A stretch of DNA of 63,960 bases, counting the filler, from Candidatus Fermentibacterota bacterium (GTDB taxonomy: Bacteria > JAFGKV01): NCBI GenBank assembly GCA_016928395.1. It is 5 parts of 5 records of this genome, joined end to end, with 100 filler letters (N's around TTAATTAATTAA, not from the genome) between each part and the next. Parts side by side here need not be neighbours in the genome. Positions count along the whole stretch, not along the records: positions 1 to 20,885 come from JAFGKV010000126.1; positions 20,986 to 42,253 come from JAFGKV010000127.1; 3 more parts are not named here. One strand, given 5' to 3'. Of this stretch, positions 10,430 to 21,100 are shown piece by piece (position 1 is the stretch's first letter; each line of letters begins with the position of its first letter). The translations under genes and the position numbers were made by a program. The notes beneath the pieces were generated by a model. It was not told the DNA's origin. It made no database searches and saw only the letters and a list, made by a program, of their open reading frames with translations.

Positions 10430-10467
10430 AGCCTTGGGGCGCCTCCTTTGGGGCGCCCCAAGGCTTT
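10430..10467 (+). terminator. Probable intrinsic terminator after the OmpA gene
   Basis: 14-bp perfect stem AGCCTTGGGGCGCC / GGCGCCCCAAGGCT with a short T run, 11 nt after the stop codon. Confidence 0.65.
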
Positions 10468-10492
10468 CGTGCCGACGCCTGGGAGGAGTGAG

Positions 10493-12535
10493 ATGAGCCG
10501 CCGCATAGGCATGATTCGCAACATAGGTATTATCGCGCACATCGATGCCGGGAAGACCACCACGAGCGAGCACTTCCTCTACTACTCCGGCACAACCCAC
10601 CGCATCGGAAAGATCGACGATGGCAACACTGTGCTCGACTATTTGGAGCAGGAACGCGACCGAGGCATTACCATCACGTCCGCCGCGGCGACGCTGATGT
10701 GGAACAATCATACTATCAACCTGGTTGATACACCCGGCCACGTGGATTTCACGGTGGAGGTGGAGCGCTCCCTCATGGCCATAGACGGCGCGGTTACCGT
10801 GCTCTGCGGTGTCGGGGGCGTCGAGCCGCAAACGGAGAACGTCTGGCGTCGCGCGATGCGCTACCACCTACCGAGCATCGTGTTCGTCAACAAGATGGAC
10901 CGGATCGGCGCCGACTTCGACCGGGCGGTTCGAATGGTGCGAGAACGTCTTGGACTGGCCTGTATCGTCACTCAGCTTCCCGTAGGTTCCGGCAACTCCT
11001 TCGCCGGCATCATTGACTTGGTGCCTATGGAGATGCTGGTCTGGGATCAGGAGAACCAGGGCGCCACTTTCAGCCGTCTTCCGGTGGCCGAGGCCGAGGC
11101 TGATCGGGCAGCCGAGGCCCGGGTGGCCATGCTGGAGGCCATCGCAGATCGGGACGATCACTTCTTCACCCTCATGGTGGAACAGGGCAACCCCCCACGA
11201 GACGAGATCCTCGCGGCGCTACGTCGGGTGACCTGCCGATGCGCCGCAGTCCCGGTGGTGTGCGGCGCCGCTCTGCGTAATGTGGGCATCCAGCCGCTTC
11301 TGGACGCCGTGGTGGCATTTTTGCCCTCGCCTCAGGACCGAGAGCCAGTAGTGGCCCGGGCGGTGGACACCGGCGAGGCCATTGCCCTCGTGCCAGACGA
11401 GAAGGAGGCATTCTGCGCCTTGGCTTTCAAGGTAATGTACCAGGAGAGCCAGAGCCGGCTGACCTACGTGCGGGTGTACTCAGGGACACTGGAGCCCGGT
11501 CACGATGTCTACAACCCGACGAAGGATGTTGTCGAGCGGCCCAAACGGTTCTTTCGCATGTATGCTGACAAGCGGCTCAAGCTGGATCGTCTGACGGCGG
11601 GTGACGTGGTCGCGGTTGCGGGATTCGGGGAAGCGGCCACCGGTGACACATTATGCACGCCAGCGCGGCCGGTGGTCCTCTCGCAGAGCATGGACTTCCC
11701 GATACCAGTGGTCTCGGCAGCCATCGAGCCAAGGACACGGAAGGATGAGGAACGTCTTGCGAGAGCGCTGGAGAAACTGCTCGTTGAGGATCCGACTTTC
11801 TCGGTTCGGGAAGACCGAGACACAGGGCAGACGGTTATCTCCGCCATGGGAGAGCTGCATCTGGAGGTCATCGTGCAACGGCTGGCGGACAACTTCCAGG
11901 TTGACGCCCGCACTGGGACCCCCCAGGTCGCCTATAAGGAAACCGTGAAGTCACTGGCCCAAGCCGCCGCCCATTACGAAAAGCAACTGGCCGGCCGTGT
12001 CCACGCGGCCACCGTAGTGGTGGAGGTATCGCGGGGAGCGCAAGGCAGCGGAGTGCTCATCGATTTCTCTCAGGCTGCTGCAACACTGCCAGACGACCTG
12101 CGCAATGTCGCCGAGGGTACCATCCGGTCTTCCGTCACCTCTGGAGTATTGCTTGGGTACCCCATGACCGATCTCCTCGTTCGTCTCCACCGTATCGAGT
12201 ATGCAGAAGACGCCGTCAGCACCATCGCCGTGGCGGGCGCCGCGGCCAAGGCATTTCAGGACGCGTGCGCACAGGCAACGCCGGTGCTGCTGGAACCCCA
12301 CGTCTGGGTCGAGATCGCACTGCCGCCGGAGGCACTCGGCGCGGTGGTCGAGTCGTTGAACGCCCGGGGCGGAAAAGTCAGCGAGATCGGATCGAACCCG
12401 GCAGGGCACACCGTTCGGTCCACCGCGCCCATGTCGAAGATGTTCGGCTACGCTACCCAGCTTCGATCGCTCAGTCAGGGCCGTGCGTCGCTGTTCATGA
12501 AATTCAGTCACTATGCCGAGTGCGACAGGGACTAG
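10493..12535 (+). CDS. fusA: Elongation factor G paralog (outside the str operon, divergent domain IV)
   Basis: AHIDAGKTT, ERDRGITI, DTPGHVDF, NKMDR, MGELHLE, PQVAYKET and MFGYATQLRSLSQG. GGGAGGAG RBS. Confidence 0.9.
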   Translation: MSRRIGMIRNIGIIAHIDAGKTTTSEHFLYYSGTTHRIGKIDDGNTVLDYLEQERDRGITITSAAATLMWNNHTINLVDTPGHVDFTVEVERSLMAIDGAVTVLCGVGGVEPQTENVWRRAMRYHLPSIVFVNKMDRIGADFDRAVRMVRERLGLACIVTQLPVGSGNSFAGIIDLVPMEMLVWDQENQGATFSRLPVAEAEADRAAEARVAMLEAIADRDDHFFTLMVEQGNPPRDEILAALRRVTCRCAAVPVVCGAALRNVGIQPLLDAVVAFLPSPQDREPVVARAVDTGEAIALVPDEKEAFCALAFKVMYQESQSRLTYVRVYSGTLEPGHDVYNPTKDVVERPKRFFRMYADKRLKLDRLTAGDVVAVAGFGEAATGDTLCTPARPVVLSQSMDFPIPVVSAAIEPRTRKDEERLARALEKLLVEDPTFSVREDRDTGQTVISAMGELHLEVIVQRLADNFQVDARTGTPQVAYKETVKSLAQAAAHYEKQLAGRVHAATVVVEVSRGAQGSGVLIDFSQAAATLPDDLRNVAEGTIRSSVTSGVLLGYPMTDLLVRLHRIEYAEDAVSTIAVAGAAAKAFQDACAQATPVLLEPHVWVEIALPPEALGAVVESLNARGGKVSEIGSNPAGHTVRSTAPMSKMFGYATQLRSLSQGRASLFMKFSHYAECDRD

Positions 12536-12660
12536 GGCCACCGGCCTCCGTCGCGTCATTCACGCCACGCTCAGCTGTCCTATGTCAGCCTGCTAGACGT
12601 CCCTCACCCAGGTCCACACCTGAATGCTCGAGGCTCTGCCTGGAGACCAAACCCTGTTTC

Positions 12661-15600
12661 CTAGTCCTCCTCCTCCCCTACCTCGAGGCGACTGAAGGTC
12701 CTCAGCACGAGAGGATCGGTCTCGTCGTGCATGCGTAGGCGCACGAAGTCTCGTGTTTCGCGATCACCAAGGCCCAGCAGCGCCTCCACCGCTGCCATCC
12801 GTTCAGGGGCACCCGATGGATCGCTCCAGGCGTCCAGCGCGTGCATCATGGTGCGCCTTCCCAAGGCCCGCGCCCGGAGGCATCCCGCGGTCGCGCTATC
12901 GGGTATGGCAGTCACGAGCTGTCCGAGTGTCCTGATGTGAACCACGCGGGACGAGGGGATTCCAGCTCCAGAACCTGGTACCTCCCGCGATACTGGGTTC
13001 GGCATGTGCGATCCGATAGCCTCGCTGACAGCCGAAACCGCACGAGGTCCGAATGATACCAGCGCCTTCGACGCGGCGGCTCTGACCGTGAGGGTCGGAT
13101 CAGCCAAAAGACCCACCAGGGCCGGTATGGAGGTCGTGTCGCCAAGAGCACCCAAGGCAGCTGACGCTTGGATCCGCCGACGTTCCATCTCGTCGTGCAG
13201 GAAGGGACGAAGCGAGGGGGCCGCCACAGAGTCTCCCAGGGCGCCCAACGCGGTGATAACCCGGGTCCAGTGGGATTGCCTGCGTCGGTCTCTGAGCATG
13301 CGTTCCAATGGCGGGCGAGCGTCAACCCTCTTCATCTCGCCCAGAAGACCTATGACGTTCCGCACGACCTGATCGTCGGAATCGTCGAGCCGGGATATGA
13401 TGCGCGCAGCAAAAGAATCAGGGAATGCCTTGCCGATTTCCACCAGAGTCCGGTACTCCAGGCCGTCTCTGCTGCCTATCTTGTGCTCCACGGCATAGTT
13501 CACCGCTTCGATACCGCGGGTCATCAAAGCCGCCCGAGCCCGGCGAACCCGCTCCCTGGCGCTACCGACTTCCCACAGTGATGCCGTGGCAAAAAGCTCA
13601 TCCAAGACCCGTGCCGAGTCTTCAGCGGTCAGCACCGGGTCAGGGATGACTTCGTCGGGCAGCACGATGTCCCGGGGCAGATCGATGCCGATGGAGAAGA
13701 GCGACGAAGACCAGGCAGCCGAATCCTCTCCGGCAGAGCCCCGTGGGTAGGTGTCACGGCCCTCCAGGTCGAGGAACAGCCCGAGGCCGCTGAAGCCGCG
13801 AGCCCAGGTGGCTGCGCCCTGGCCAGTGCCGGTCGTCGCGTAGAGGTCGTCACCCTGGGCGTCGACGAAGATGCCGACGGAGTTGGCGATGCTCATGCCC
13901 TGCCCGTCGCTGACCACATAGTAGTCATTGCCGCTTTCCTCCAGCAGCATGCCCACGGACAGGTCATGGCCCGTGCCCTGGGTGACGCCGAACCTGCACA
14001 CGTAGTGGTCATCGCCGCCCCGGTCCCACAATGCACCAATCGAGAGGTGGATGCCCGCCCCCTGGGCATACTGGGTGGCCACGTAGCGATCATTGCCTCC
14101 GCCATCGAAGAGCAGGCCGAGAGAATACCAGTAGGAGGCGCCCTGGGCATAGACCTCGGCATGGTAGAAGTCATTGCCTTCCTCATCGATGAGCAGGCCG
14201 ACACCGCCGGCGGCCCGGGGCCGGAAGCCGATGGCAAACCCCTGCGACAGAGACTGGAAGTCATGAGGAAGCAGCGGCCTGTGGAGGTAGCGGCCTCCTG
14301 CCCTGTACACATCGTTGCCGGCTTTGTCGTAGAGGAGCCCGATGCCAAATGTCGAGGCAAATCCCTGCGACTGCCGGGCGCAGAGATAGGTATCATTGTC
14401 ATCGTGGCGCACCGGGCGCGCGCCAGTGCCGGGCACCTTGACCAGGCTCAGGTCAAAGGCTCTGTCAGGTTCGATCTCCTGCGCCGGAGGCGGGTCGTCG
14501 GCCACCAGAGATACAAGAGCGCCCATGCCGAACGCGCCCGCTCCCTGGCAGAAGTTTCGCCCCTCCAGCAGATCTCGCCCTCCCCCATCTACCAGAAACC
14601 CTGCTCCAAAGAAACCCGCGCCCGCAGAGCCGTCACCGCCCCGGTAGACATCGTCTCCATCCAGATCCAGGAGCACCGCAAGGCCCAGCACCGCGCCTCC
14701 GATGCAGAAAGCACGGCCCTGGGCGTCGTACAGATCATCCCCGGAGATGTCTACGACTGCCGAGAGCGCACGAAGAAGCCCTCCCACGGCCGAAGCGACC
14801 CGGCCCCGGTACACATCATCCCCCCCGAGGTCGACCACGAACGCGATGCGCCGCAGAGCCTCAGGCCCGTAGGAGTTGGGCCCTTCTCCGCAGATCGCCA
14901 GGAGCCCCCACGGCGTGTCAAAGACCGCGCGAACATCCCCATCCAGACCATCCACAACACGCTGCGGTTCGCTCGGGATCTGCCCGATGTCGGCATGCCG
15001 CACTGCCTCAACATCGGCTCGAAGCCGCACCACCGCGTCCGCGAATACCCGGGAAGCCTCGGTGAGCGCACCACGGTTCATGCGGGCCCCGGCGTCCAGG
15101 ATGCGATCCTCGTTCAAGAGGCCGGTGGTATCGGCGCGCATGCCGAACTCTCGAAGAATCGCACCCTTTGCGGCAGCATCCTCAGGGTCGTCCTGATCGC
15201 CCCAGAACGCAGACGCGGCCATCACGACATGCGCCCGATCCTCAGGGGTCAAGCCTGAGAAGGCCTCGTCAAGCCCGTCCTGGGCCTGGTGGCACACGTG
15301 GAGGAACACGTCAACCGCTCCCTGGAATGGCGATTCGCCCGCTGGGTAGAGCAAAGCCGCACGGCCCCAGGGCATCACGGGCCGGGCCCTCTTCCCGGCC
15401 AGAGCCGGCGGCGCCTCGGCGAGTTCGCCCAGAGAAGCCGCCAGGCCCCCGAGTCCCGTGAAGTCTGCCAGCGTGTCCCGGATCCGGGCAACGGCGTCGC
15501 TATGAAACCCGGGCAGCGTGAGCGGATCGTTCAGAATGGCCTCCACGATCTCAAGCCGGAAGGTGTCATCCTCGGCGTAGAGTTTGTCGAAGCCCAGCTC

Positions 15601-15801
15601 CAAAAGGGTGACATCGAGATACTCCAGAGCCTGCACCAGAGTCTGTACCGCCAGCGAGTCGACCCCGCCTGCGGCAGGAAGCCAGTCTGAGTCGGAGGCC
15701 TCGCCCCATGCGGCAAAGGCACAGAGTCCCAGTGCCGAAAGCAGTATCCCTTTCATCGCCGTACGATTCCATGGGGGCAGTGTACTCCGGTGGTGCGTCA
15801 T
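12661..15801 (-). CDS. Large exported protein with DxxG(D/N)DxY repeats and C-terminal HEAT repeats
   Basis: GAGGAGGA RBS, signal-peptide-like stretch, about 12 (V/L/F)D-x-x-G-(D/N)-D-x-Y units with AQG/SQG spacers, then HEAT-like helices (LADPTLTVRAAASKAL). Confidence 0.75.
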   Translation of the reverse strand: MTHHRSTLPPWNRTAMKGILLSALGLCAFAAWGEASDSDWLPAAGGVDSLAVQTLVQALEYLDVTLLELGFDKLYAEDDTFRLEIVEAILNDPLTLPGFHSDAVARIRDTLADFTGLGGLAASLGELAEAPPALAGKRARPVMPWGRAALLYPAGESPFQGAVDVFLHVCHQAQDGLDEAFSGLTPEDRAHVVMAASAFWGDQDDPEDAAAKGAILREFGMRADTTGLLNEDRILDAGARMNRGALTEASRVFADAVVRLRADVEAVRHADIGQIPSEPQRVVDGLDGDVRAVFDTPWGLLAICGEGPNSYGPEALRRIAFVVDLGGDDVYRGRVASAVGGLLRALSAVVDISGDDLYDAQGRAFCIGGAVLGLAVLLDLDGDDVYRGGDGSAGAGFFGAGFLVDGGGRDLLEGRNFCQGAGAFGMGALVSLVADDPPPAQEIEPDRAFDLSLVKVPGTGARPVRHDDNDTYLCARQSQGFASTFGIGLLYDKAGNDVYRAGGRYLHRPLLPHDFQSLSQGFAIGFRPRAAGGVGLLIDEEGNDFYHAEVYAQGASYWYSLGLLFDGGGNDRYVATQYAQGAGIHLSIGALWDRGGDDHYVCRFGVTQGTGHDLSVGMLLEESGNDYYVVSDGQGMSIANSVGIFVDAQGDDLYATTGTGQGAATWARGFSGLGLFLDLEGRDTYPRGSAGEDSAAWSSSLFSIGIDLPRDIVLPDEVIPDPVLTAEDSARVLDELFATASLWEVGSARERVRRARAALMTRGIEAVNYAVEHKIGSRDGLEYRTLVEIGKAFPDSFAARIISRLDDSDDQVVRNVIGLLGEMKRVDARPPLERMLRDRRRQSHWTRVITALGALGDSVAAPSLRPFLHDEMERRRIQASAALGALGDTTSIPALVGLLADPTLTVRAAASKALVSFGPRAVSAVSEAIGSHMPNPVSREVPGSGAGIPSSRVVHIRTLGQLVTAIPDSATAGCLRARALGRRTMMHALDAWSDPSGAPERMAAVEALLGLGDRETRDFVRLRMHDETDPLVLRTFSRLEVGEEED

Positions 15802-16133
15802 AGCAAATCCTCCTCAAGTTGCGAGCTGGACTATGGGTGCACGTAGGCCTTGGCCATCGCCTCCGGTATGCCCATGGGCGTGTGCATACTAGCCCGAAGC
15901 GTCGGAAGCAAGGGCTGTCGGTGACAAAGGAACCCGGAGGGGATGGGCCCGCGCCCACGGTCAGGCGCACTGCGCGGCAGGGGCGGGCGGTGATGTCGTC
16001 TCCTGGCGACCTATGACTCTTGACTGCGGCGATGCCTCGTCCCGACTTGCGAGCCTCTTCGAAAAGAGAATGCCTGGAACGAACGAGCCGACGCAGCGCC
16101 CGGGCGGCGTGCCGGCAGAGAGGAGCACATTTC

Positions 16134-17168
16134 ATGAGGTGGGACCTGAGCGTATCGCTGGCCGAGAGTGGGCGGGTGCCTGATGTGCTGGTGCGGAGGG
16201 GCATGCATCGGCTCATCGCCGCGACGCTGCAGCACTACCGCGCCGAGATCACCGACCGGGACGCCTGGATGGGTTCGCTGGTTCGCGGTCTCAAGGCCTC
16301 CCCCATTGCACTCACTCCCGACGAGGCGAACCGTCAGCACTACGAACTGCCGCCGGAGTTTTTCTCCTTGGTGCTGGGTAAGGCCATGAAGTACAGTTGT
16401 TGCCTGTGGGAGCCCGGCACGACCTCCCTTGACGAGGCAGAGGAGGCCATGCTGACCCTCACGGCCCAGCGGGCCGGGCTGGCCGACGGCATGAGGATTC
16501 TCGATGCTGGCTGCGGATGGGGCTCCATGGCCCTGTGGGCCGCGGCCCGGTATCCCGGATCCTCGATCACCGCACTCACCAACTCGCGGCTCCAGAGGGA
16601 CTTCGTGGTGTCGCAAGCCCAGCGGCGCGGGATCCCCAATATCCGTGCAGTGCTTGATGATATCGGCTCATTCGTTCCCGACCGGCGATTTGACCGCATC
16701 GTATCGGTGGAGATGTTCGAACACGTGCGCAACTTTGCGGAACTGCTGCGCCGCATGGCATCCTGGCTTGTCGACCGGGGAGCGCTCTTCGTCCACCACT
16801 TCTGTCATCGCGACATCGCCTATGTCATGGACGCCTCGGACGAACGCGACTGGATGGCCAGGCACTTCTTCACCGGGGGCATGATGCCCTCCGCCGATCT
16901 TCTTCTTCACTTCCAGGATGACCTGACCATTGCCTCAACCTGGCGAATAGACGGCACCCACTATGCCCGCACGCTGGGCGCCTGGCTCTCCCGCATGGAT
17001 GCCCACGCCGCCGAGGTCCGGGCTGTGTTCGCTGCTCACTACGGCCACAAGGACGCCCGGCTCTGGTACAACCGATGGCGCATGTTCTTCATGGGGTGCG
17101 AGGAACTCTTCGGATACCGGGAAGGCCGCGAGTGGCAGGTGGTGCACCACCTGTTCACCCGCACCTAA
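16134..17168 (+). CDS. Cyclopropane-fatty-acyl-phospholipid synthase family SAM methyltransferase
   Basis: ANRQHYELPPEFF, KYSCCLW, ILDAGCGWGS, FDRIVSVEMFEH and FFTGGMMPS. AGGAG RBS. Confidence 0.9.
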   Translation: MRWDLSVSLAESGRVPDVLVRRGMHRLIAATLQHYRAEITDRDAWMGSLVRGLKASPIALTPDEANRQHYELPPEFFSLVLGKAMKYSCCLWEPGTTSLDEAEEAMLTLTAQRAGLADGMRILDAGCGWGSMALWAAARYPGSSITALTNSRLQRDFVVSQAQRRGIPNIRAVLDDIGSFVPDRRFDRIVSVEMFEHVRNFAELLRRMASWLVDRGALFVHHFCHRDIAYVMDASDERDWMARHFFTGGMMPSADLLLHFQDDLTIASTWRIDGTHYARTLGAWLSRMDAHAAEVRAVFAAHYGHKDARLWYNRWRMFFMGCEELFGYREGREWQVVHHLFTRT

Positions 17169-17320
17169 GAAACGTGGCCGCCGGGCGGAGGGGTGGTCAG
17201 CTACACGCTGGGGCGTGGGTCCGAGGGCCCCGTGCCGACGCTACCGAAAGAGGCCAAGAACCACGGTGTGAGCGCCCATATCGATGAGCCCGGTTCCGGA
17301 GCGCATGGCGGACGGTTCGG

Positions 17321-17788
17321 TCAGCCTCCCGCGGTCTGGACAAAGGCGGTATTGGCGTAGAGGTATTCCACCTTTTCCTTGTGTCGCAATTCCTCGGCGG
17401 CCATCCGCTTCAAGACCTCCCGTACTTCTCCCTCGGGTTGGAGCGCGGCGAGACCCTTGTAGAAGTTGTGCGATGCCATCTCCCGGTGCGCTGCCACGAG
17501 GTAGACCTCGGAACTCTCCATGTCACGATCCGGATCTGGAGCATCCAGGTGCTGAGCCAGTTGGTAGTCGACAACGGCATCCACCGGCAGAGCCGTGAGA
17601 GACTTCTGCCCGTCGCGGTAGGCAACCAAGAACTCCCGATGCTTCTTCTCCTCTGCAGCCAAGAACTGCAGCGTATCCCTGGCAGTGGCATCCTCAATCC
17701 TGTCGTGCAGGGCCGTATAGAAGGCGAATGCCTCTTCCTCTCTCTGAATGGCCTTACCCAGAACTGATCGCAAGTTGATCCTCTCCAT
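17321..17788 (-). CDS. Ferritin-like (rubrerythrin family) diiron protein
   Basis: Two E-x6-Y...EExxH helix pairs (EEEAFAFY...EEKKH; EMASHNFY...EELRH). AAGGAG RBS. Confidence 0.85.
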   Translation of the reverse strand: MERINLRSVLGKAIQREEEAFAFYTALHDRIEDATARDTLQFLAAEEKKHREFLVAYRDGQKSLTALPVDAVVDYQLAQHLDAPDPDRDMESSEVYLVAAHREMASHNFYKGLAALQPEGEVREVLKRMAAEELRHKEKVEYLYANTAFVQTAGG

Positions 17789-17957
17789 GGCAATCTCCTT
17801 CGTGTGTGTACTGTGTTCTATGCCACATGTAGAAGTCTGCAGCGTCCTTTCGGTACGCGTTTCCATCCGTGCTTTCGCCCCATCTTATCCTCCGAGGGTC
17901 GAGTTCTCCAGCCTCCCCGAGTCCAGCCACCCAAAGGCTTGCCGCGCGCACCTCCGC

Positions 17958-19628
17958 TCACGCCAGGCCCGTGATTACACCGTCGTCGTCGATGTTGATC
18001 GATTGGGCTGCAGGCTTACGGGGCAAACCAGGCATACGCATGATGTCACCCGTGAGGGGCACCAGGAAGCCTGCGCCCGAGCAAATCACGACGTCCCGAA
18101 CAGTCACGAGGAAATCCTTGGGTCTGCCAAGGAGATCGGGGTTATCCGAAAGTGATTGCTGGGTCTTCGCGATGCACACGGGCAGATTGTCAAACCCGAG
18201 CTTGTCGATTCTGTGAAGCGAGCGTTCCGCTTCCGGCCGGTAGTCCACGGCCTCCGCGCCATACATCTCCCTGGCCACTATGGCGATCTTGTCTTTGACC
18301 GGCATGTTCCAGTCATAGAGGGTCTTGAAACTGCAGGCGTTACCGTGCGCCAGATCAATCACTTTCTGGGCAAGCTCAAGCCCACCGCCACCGCCCTCGG
18401 TGAAGAATGTCACCACTGAGCTATCCTCTCCTGCATCCGCGCAGATCCGCGCCGCAGCGGCCAACTCCTCGTCGGTATCCGACGGAAAGCGGTTGAGCGC
18501 CACCACCGATCGCATGCCGAACTTCCTGATGTTCTCGATATGCTTCTCCAGATTGCCCCGACCCCGCTCCACGGCCTCGGGATCGGGTTCATTCGCCTTC
18601 TTGAGGGGTATGCCGCCATGCATCTTGAGAGCCCGGATCGTAGCAACCAGCACCACCGCGCAGGGCGCAAACTTTCCATACTGACACACGATGTCGAAGA
18701 ACTTTTCTGCGCCGAGGTCGAAGCCAAACCCTGCCTCAGTCACCACATAGTCGCTGGTGGCGAGCGCCAGCTTGGTGGCGAGGATACTGCTGGTCCCCTG
18801 GGCGATGTTGGCAAAAGGCCCGCCATGCACAAAGGCCGGCCCGCCTTCCAGAGTCTGCACCAGATTCGGCAGAAGAGCATCGCGAAGCAGGGCAGCAACC
18901 GCACCCTGGATGCCCAGTTGCGACACCACCACGGGGTCTCCCTCTCTGGTGAACCCAACCAGAATCCGTCCGATGCGCTCCTTCAACTCGGCATAGGAGA
19001 GTGATAGGCAAAGGGATGCCATGATCTCGGATGATGCAGTGATATCAAAGCCACCTTGACGAATGGGATGGTTCACCCGTCCGAGGCCGATAACCGTCTC
19101 ACGGAGGGTTCGATCGTTCATGTCAATCACCCGTCGCCACAAGACCTCGCCGGGAGCGAAGCCCGAATCAGTGCCGAAGTGGATACTGTTATCGATGGTC
19201 GCGGCGATCAGGTTGTGCGCCGTGGTGATGGCATGAAGATCCCCGGTGAAGTGAAGGTTGATGTCATGCGCAGGGATCACTTGGGACCGTCCGCCTCCGG
19301 TGGCGCCGCCCTTCCGGCCTAAACAGGGGCCCAAAGAGGGCTCGCGGAGGCATACCGTCGCGTTCTTTCCCGCCCGGCGCAACGCTTGGGTGAGGCCGAT
19401 GCTCATGGTGGTCTTGCCCTCGCCGGCTGGCGTGGGCGTCATGGCGCTGACCAGCACCAGCCTGCCGCGCGCTGGCTGCGCAGCAGGGTCCTCCCCGAGA
19501 ATTCGACGAATGGCCTGTATCCGCACTTTCGCCTTGTCGTTGCCGAAGGGAACGAGATCGTCAGGTGACAGATCAAGCATGCGTGCAATGTCGCCAATGG
19601 GCCTGGGTGAGGCGGCCGTTGCGCTCAT
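17958..19628 (-). CDS. fhs: Formate--tetrahydrofolate ligase
   Basis: TPTPAGEGKTT, KGGATGGG, NLHFTGD, HGGPFANIA, TEAGFG, VCIAKTQ and IMRMPGLP. Confidence 0.97.
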   Translation of the reverse strand: MSATAASPRPIGDIARMLDLSPDDLVPFGNDKAKVRIQAIRRILGEDPAAQPARGRLVLVSAMTPTPAGEGKTTMSIGLTQALRRAGKNATVCLREPSLGPCLGRKGGATGGGRSQVIPAHDINLHFTGDLHAITTAHNLIAATIDNSIHFGTDSGFAPGEVLWRRVIDMNDRTLRETVIGLGRVNHPIRQGGFDITASSEIMASLCLSLSYAELKERIGRILVGFTREGDPVVVSQLGIQGAVAALLRDALLPNLVQTLEGGPAFVHGGPFANIAQGTSSILATKLALATSDYVVTEAGFGFDLGAEKFFDIVCQYGKFAPCAVVLVATIRALKMHGGIPLKKANEPDPEAVERGRGNLEKHIENIRKFGMRSVVALNRFPSDTDEELAAAARICADAGEDSSVVTFFTEGGGGGLELAQKVIDLAHGNACSFKTLYDWNMPVKDKIAIVAREMYGAEAVDYRPEAERSLHRIDKLGFDNLPVCIAKTQQSLSDNPDLLGRPKDFLVTVRDVVICSGAGFLVPLTGDIMRMPGLPRKPAAQSINIDDDGVITGLA

Positions 19629-19880
19629 GGTAGCAACCTCTCCTGGAAGGATGTGAGGGATCAGGACACTGAAGAACCCAACGAAGGTGGCACTACCTGC
19701 CGTGTTGCACAAGTGAAGCGAGGAGCGTCGGATGCGGACACGGGAGACGAGGATTGTCGTGGATGGTGCCGGTATCACCGCTTATCTCCCGGTAGGTGCG
19801 TGCGGCCGGCGTACGCACTACCTTGCGTTGAACACCACTCATTCTCGCGTTCCCCTCATCCGTTGCACGAGGAGCATCCA

Positions 19881-20885
19881 GTGCGAAACAGCTTTCTTTT
19901 CATGTGCGGGATGGCGGCAGTTGCCCATGCCGCTCCTCTACTCGTGGCTGTCGAGTTGCCAACCCCGGATATCCGCGATCTATGGGTTCAATCGGCGCAC
20001 TCAACCTTTGCCTACCTGGAGCCAACGGCGTTTGCAGAACTCACTCCTGCAGACATTCCTATACTGGCCCGACGCGGTATCTCGGTTCGCGTGCTTGACG
20101 GGGAAACATGGAGCCGTCGCTACTTCTTCGGGATCATCCCCGATGCGATGCGACACTCGCTCCCGGGCGAGGTGCTCTGGGAGCGCGACGATACCGTGTT
20201 GCTCAGCGTGTCGGAAGAGAACGTCTCCGTCCTTCTGGGTCTTCCGGCTCGATTCCATCCTCTGGAACGACGTACCTTGGAAGCCGGATTCTGGCGGAGG
20301 TTCGCCGGCACTGCGGTTCCACTTCGCGCTCTGCCGTGGGACGCAGCGGTCCAGGCCGTGGTGGACGCGGTGAACACCGACTCGCTCACTGCCTACATCC
20401 AGCGGATGCAGGACTTCGGAAGCAGGCTCACCTTGGGAGACAGCTCACTGGCAGCCTCTCAATGGCTGGCCGACACGTACGAATCTTGGGGCTACCCGGT
20501 TGAGTTCGACAGCTTCTACGTTTCGCACCCGGCGATGGGCAACTGGCCCGGCACGGGGTGGGAGCGAAACGTTATCGCACGGAAGACGGGCACTCACGGC
20601 GCGGCATCACGCCTCGTCATCGGCGGTCATTTCGACTCCATTGTCTGGTCTGACACGGCTCTGGCCCGAATCAACGCCCCGGGCGCCGACGACAATGCCA
20701 CCGGCACGGCCGGCGCCATGGAGGCAGCCCGAGTGCTCCGTGACTTCCCTATGAAGAAAGACGTCCATTTCGCGGCGTGGGCAGCTGAGGAGATTGGCCT
20801 CGTCGGTTCGTCGATTCATGCCCTCGGGGCCTCGCAGCAAGGAGATCTCATCGAGGGCGTGATCAACATGGACATGATCGGTTAC
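19881..20885 (+). CDS. M28 family metallopeptidase (exported), 3'-truncated by contig end
   Basis: GGHFDS, PGADDNATG, AAEEIGLVGS and NMDMIG motifs, signal peptide. Runs into the N spacer. Confidence 0.88.
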
Positions 20886-20985
20886 NNNNNNNNNNNNNNN
20901 NNNNNNNNNNNNNNNNNNNNNNNNNNNNNTTAATTAATTAANNNNNNNNNNNNNNNNNNNNNNNNNNNNNNNNNNNNNNNNNNNN
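20886..20985. other. Artificial contig spacer
   Basis: N-run flanking TTAATTAATTAA (stops in all six frames), 100 nt. Confidence 0.97.
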
Positions 20986-20986
20986 C

Positions 20987-21075
20987 GAGAGCCAACTGCC
21001 GGCTGTACTCTCAACCCTGAGAATTCTGAGGGAGCCCGGCGTCCTCAGAGGCCGCACTGAACCCCGAACCCTGAA
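20987..21075 (+). repeat. Dispersed intergenic repeat element (copy A) ending in C(T/C)GAACC heptamers
   Basis: Aligns by eye with 33314-33432 and in part with 33070-33124. Confidence 0.75.
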
Positions 21076-21100
21076 TGGTCAGAACCACAAGGAGGAACCA

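Noticed and set aside
13966-15258. Long antisense ORFs (this one, 25209-26648, 9408-10424, 29673-30830, 62776-63777 and others)
   Set aside because: Shadows of real genes on the opposite strand in high-GC DNA, with no motifs.
17754-17951. 65-aa ORF between fhs and the ferritin-like gene
   Set aside because: Overlaps the ferritin-like gene start out of frame and has no recognisable features.
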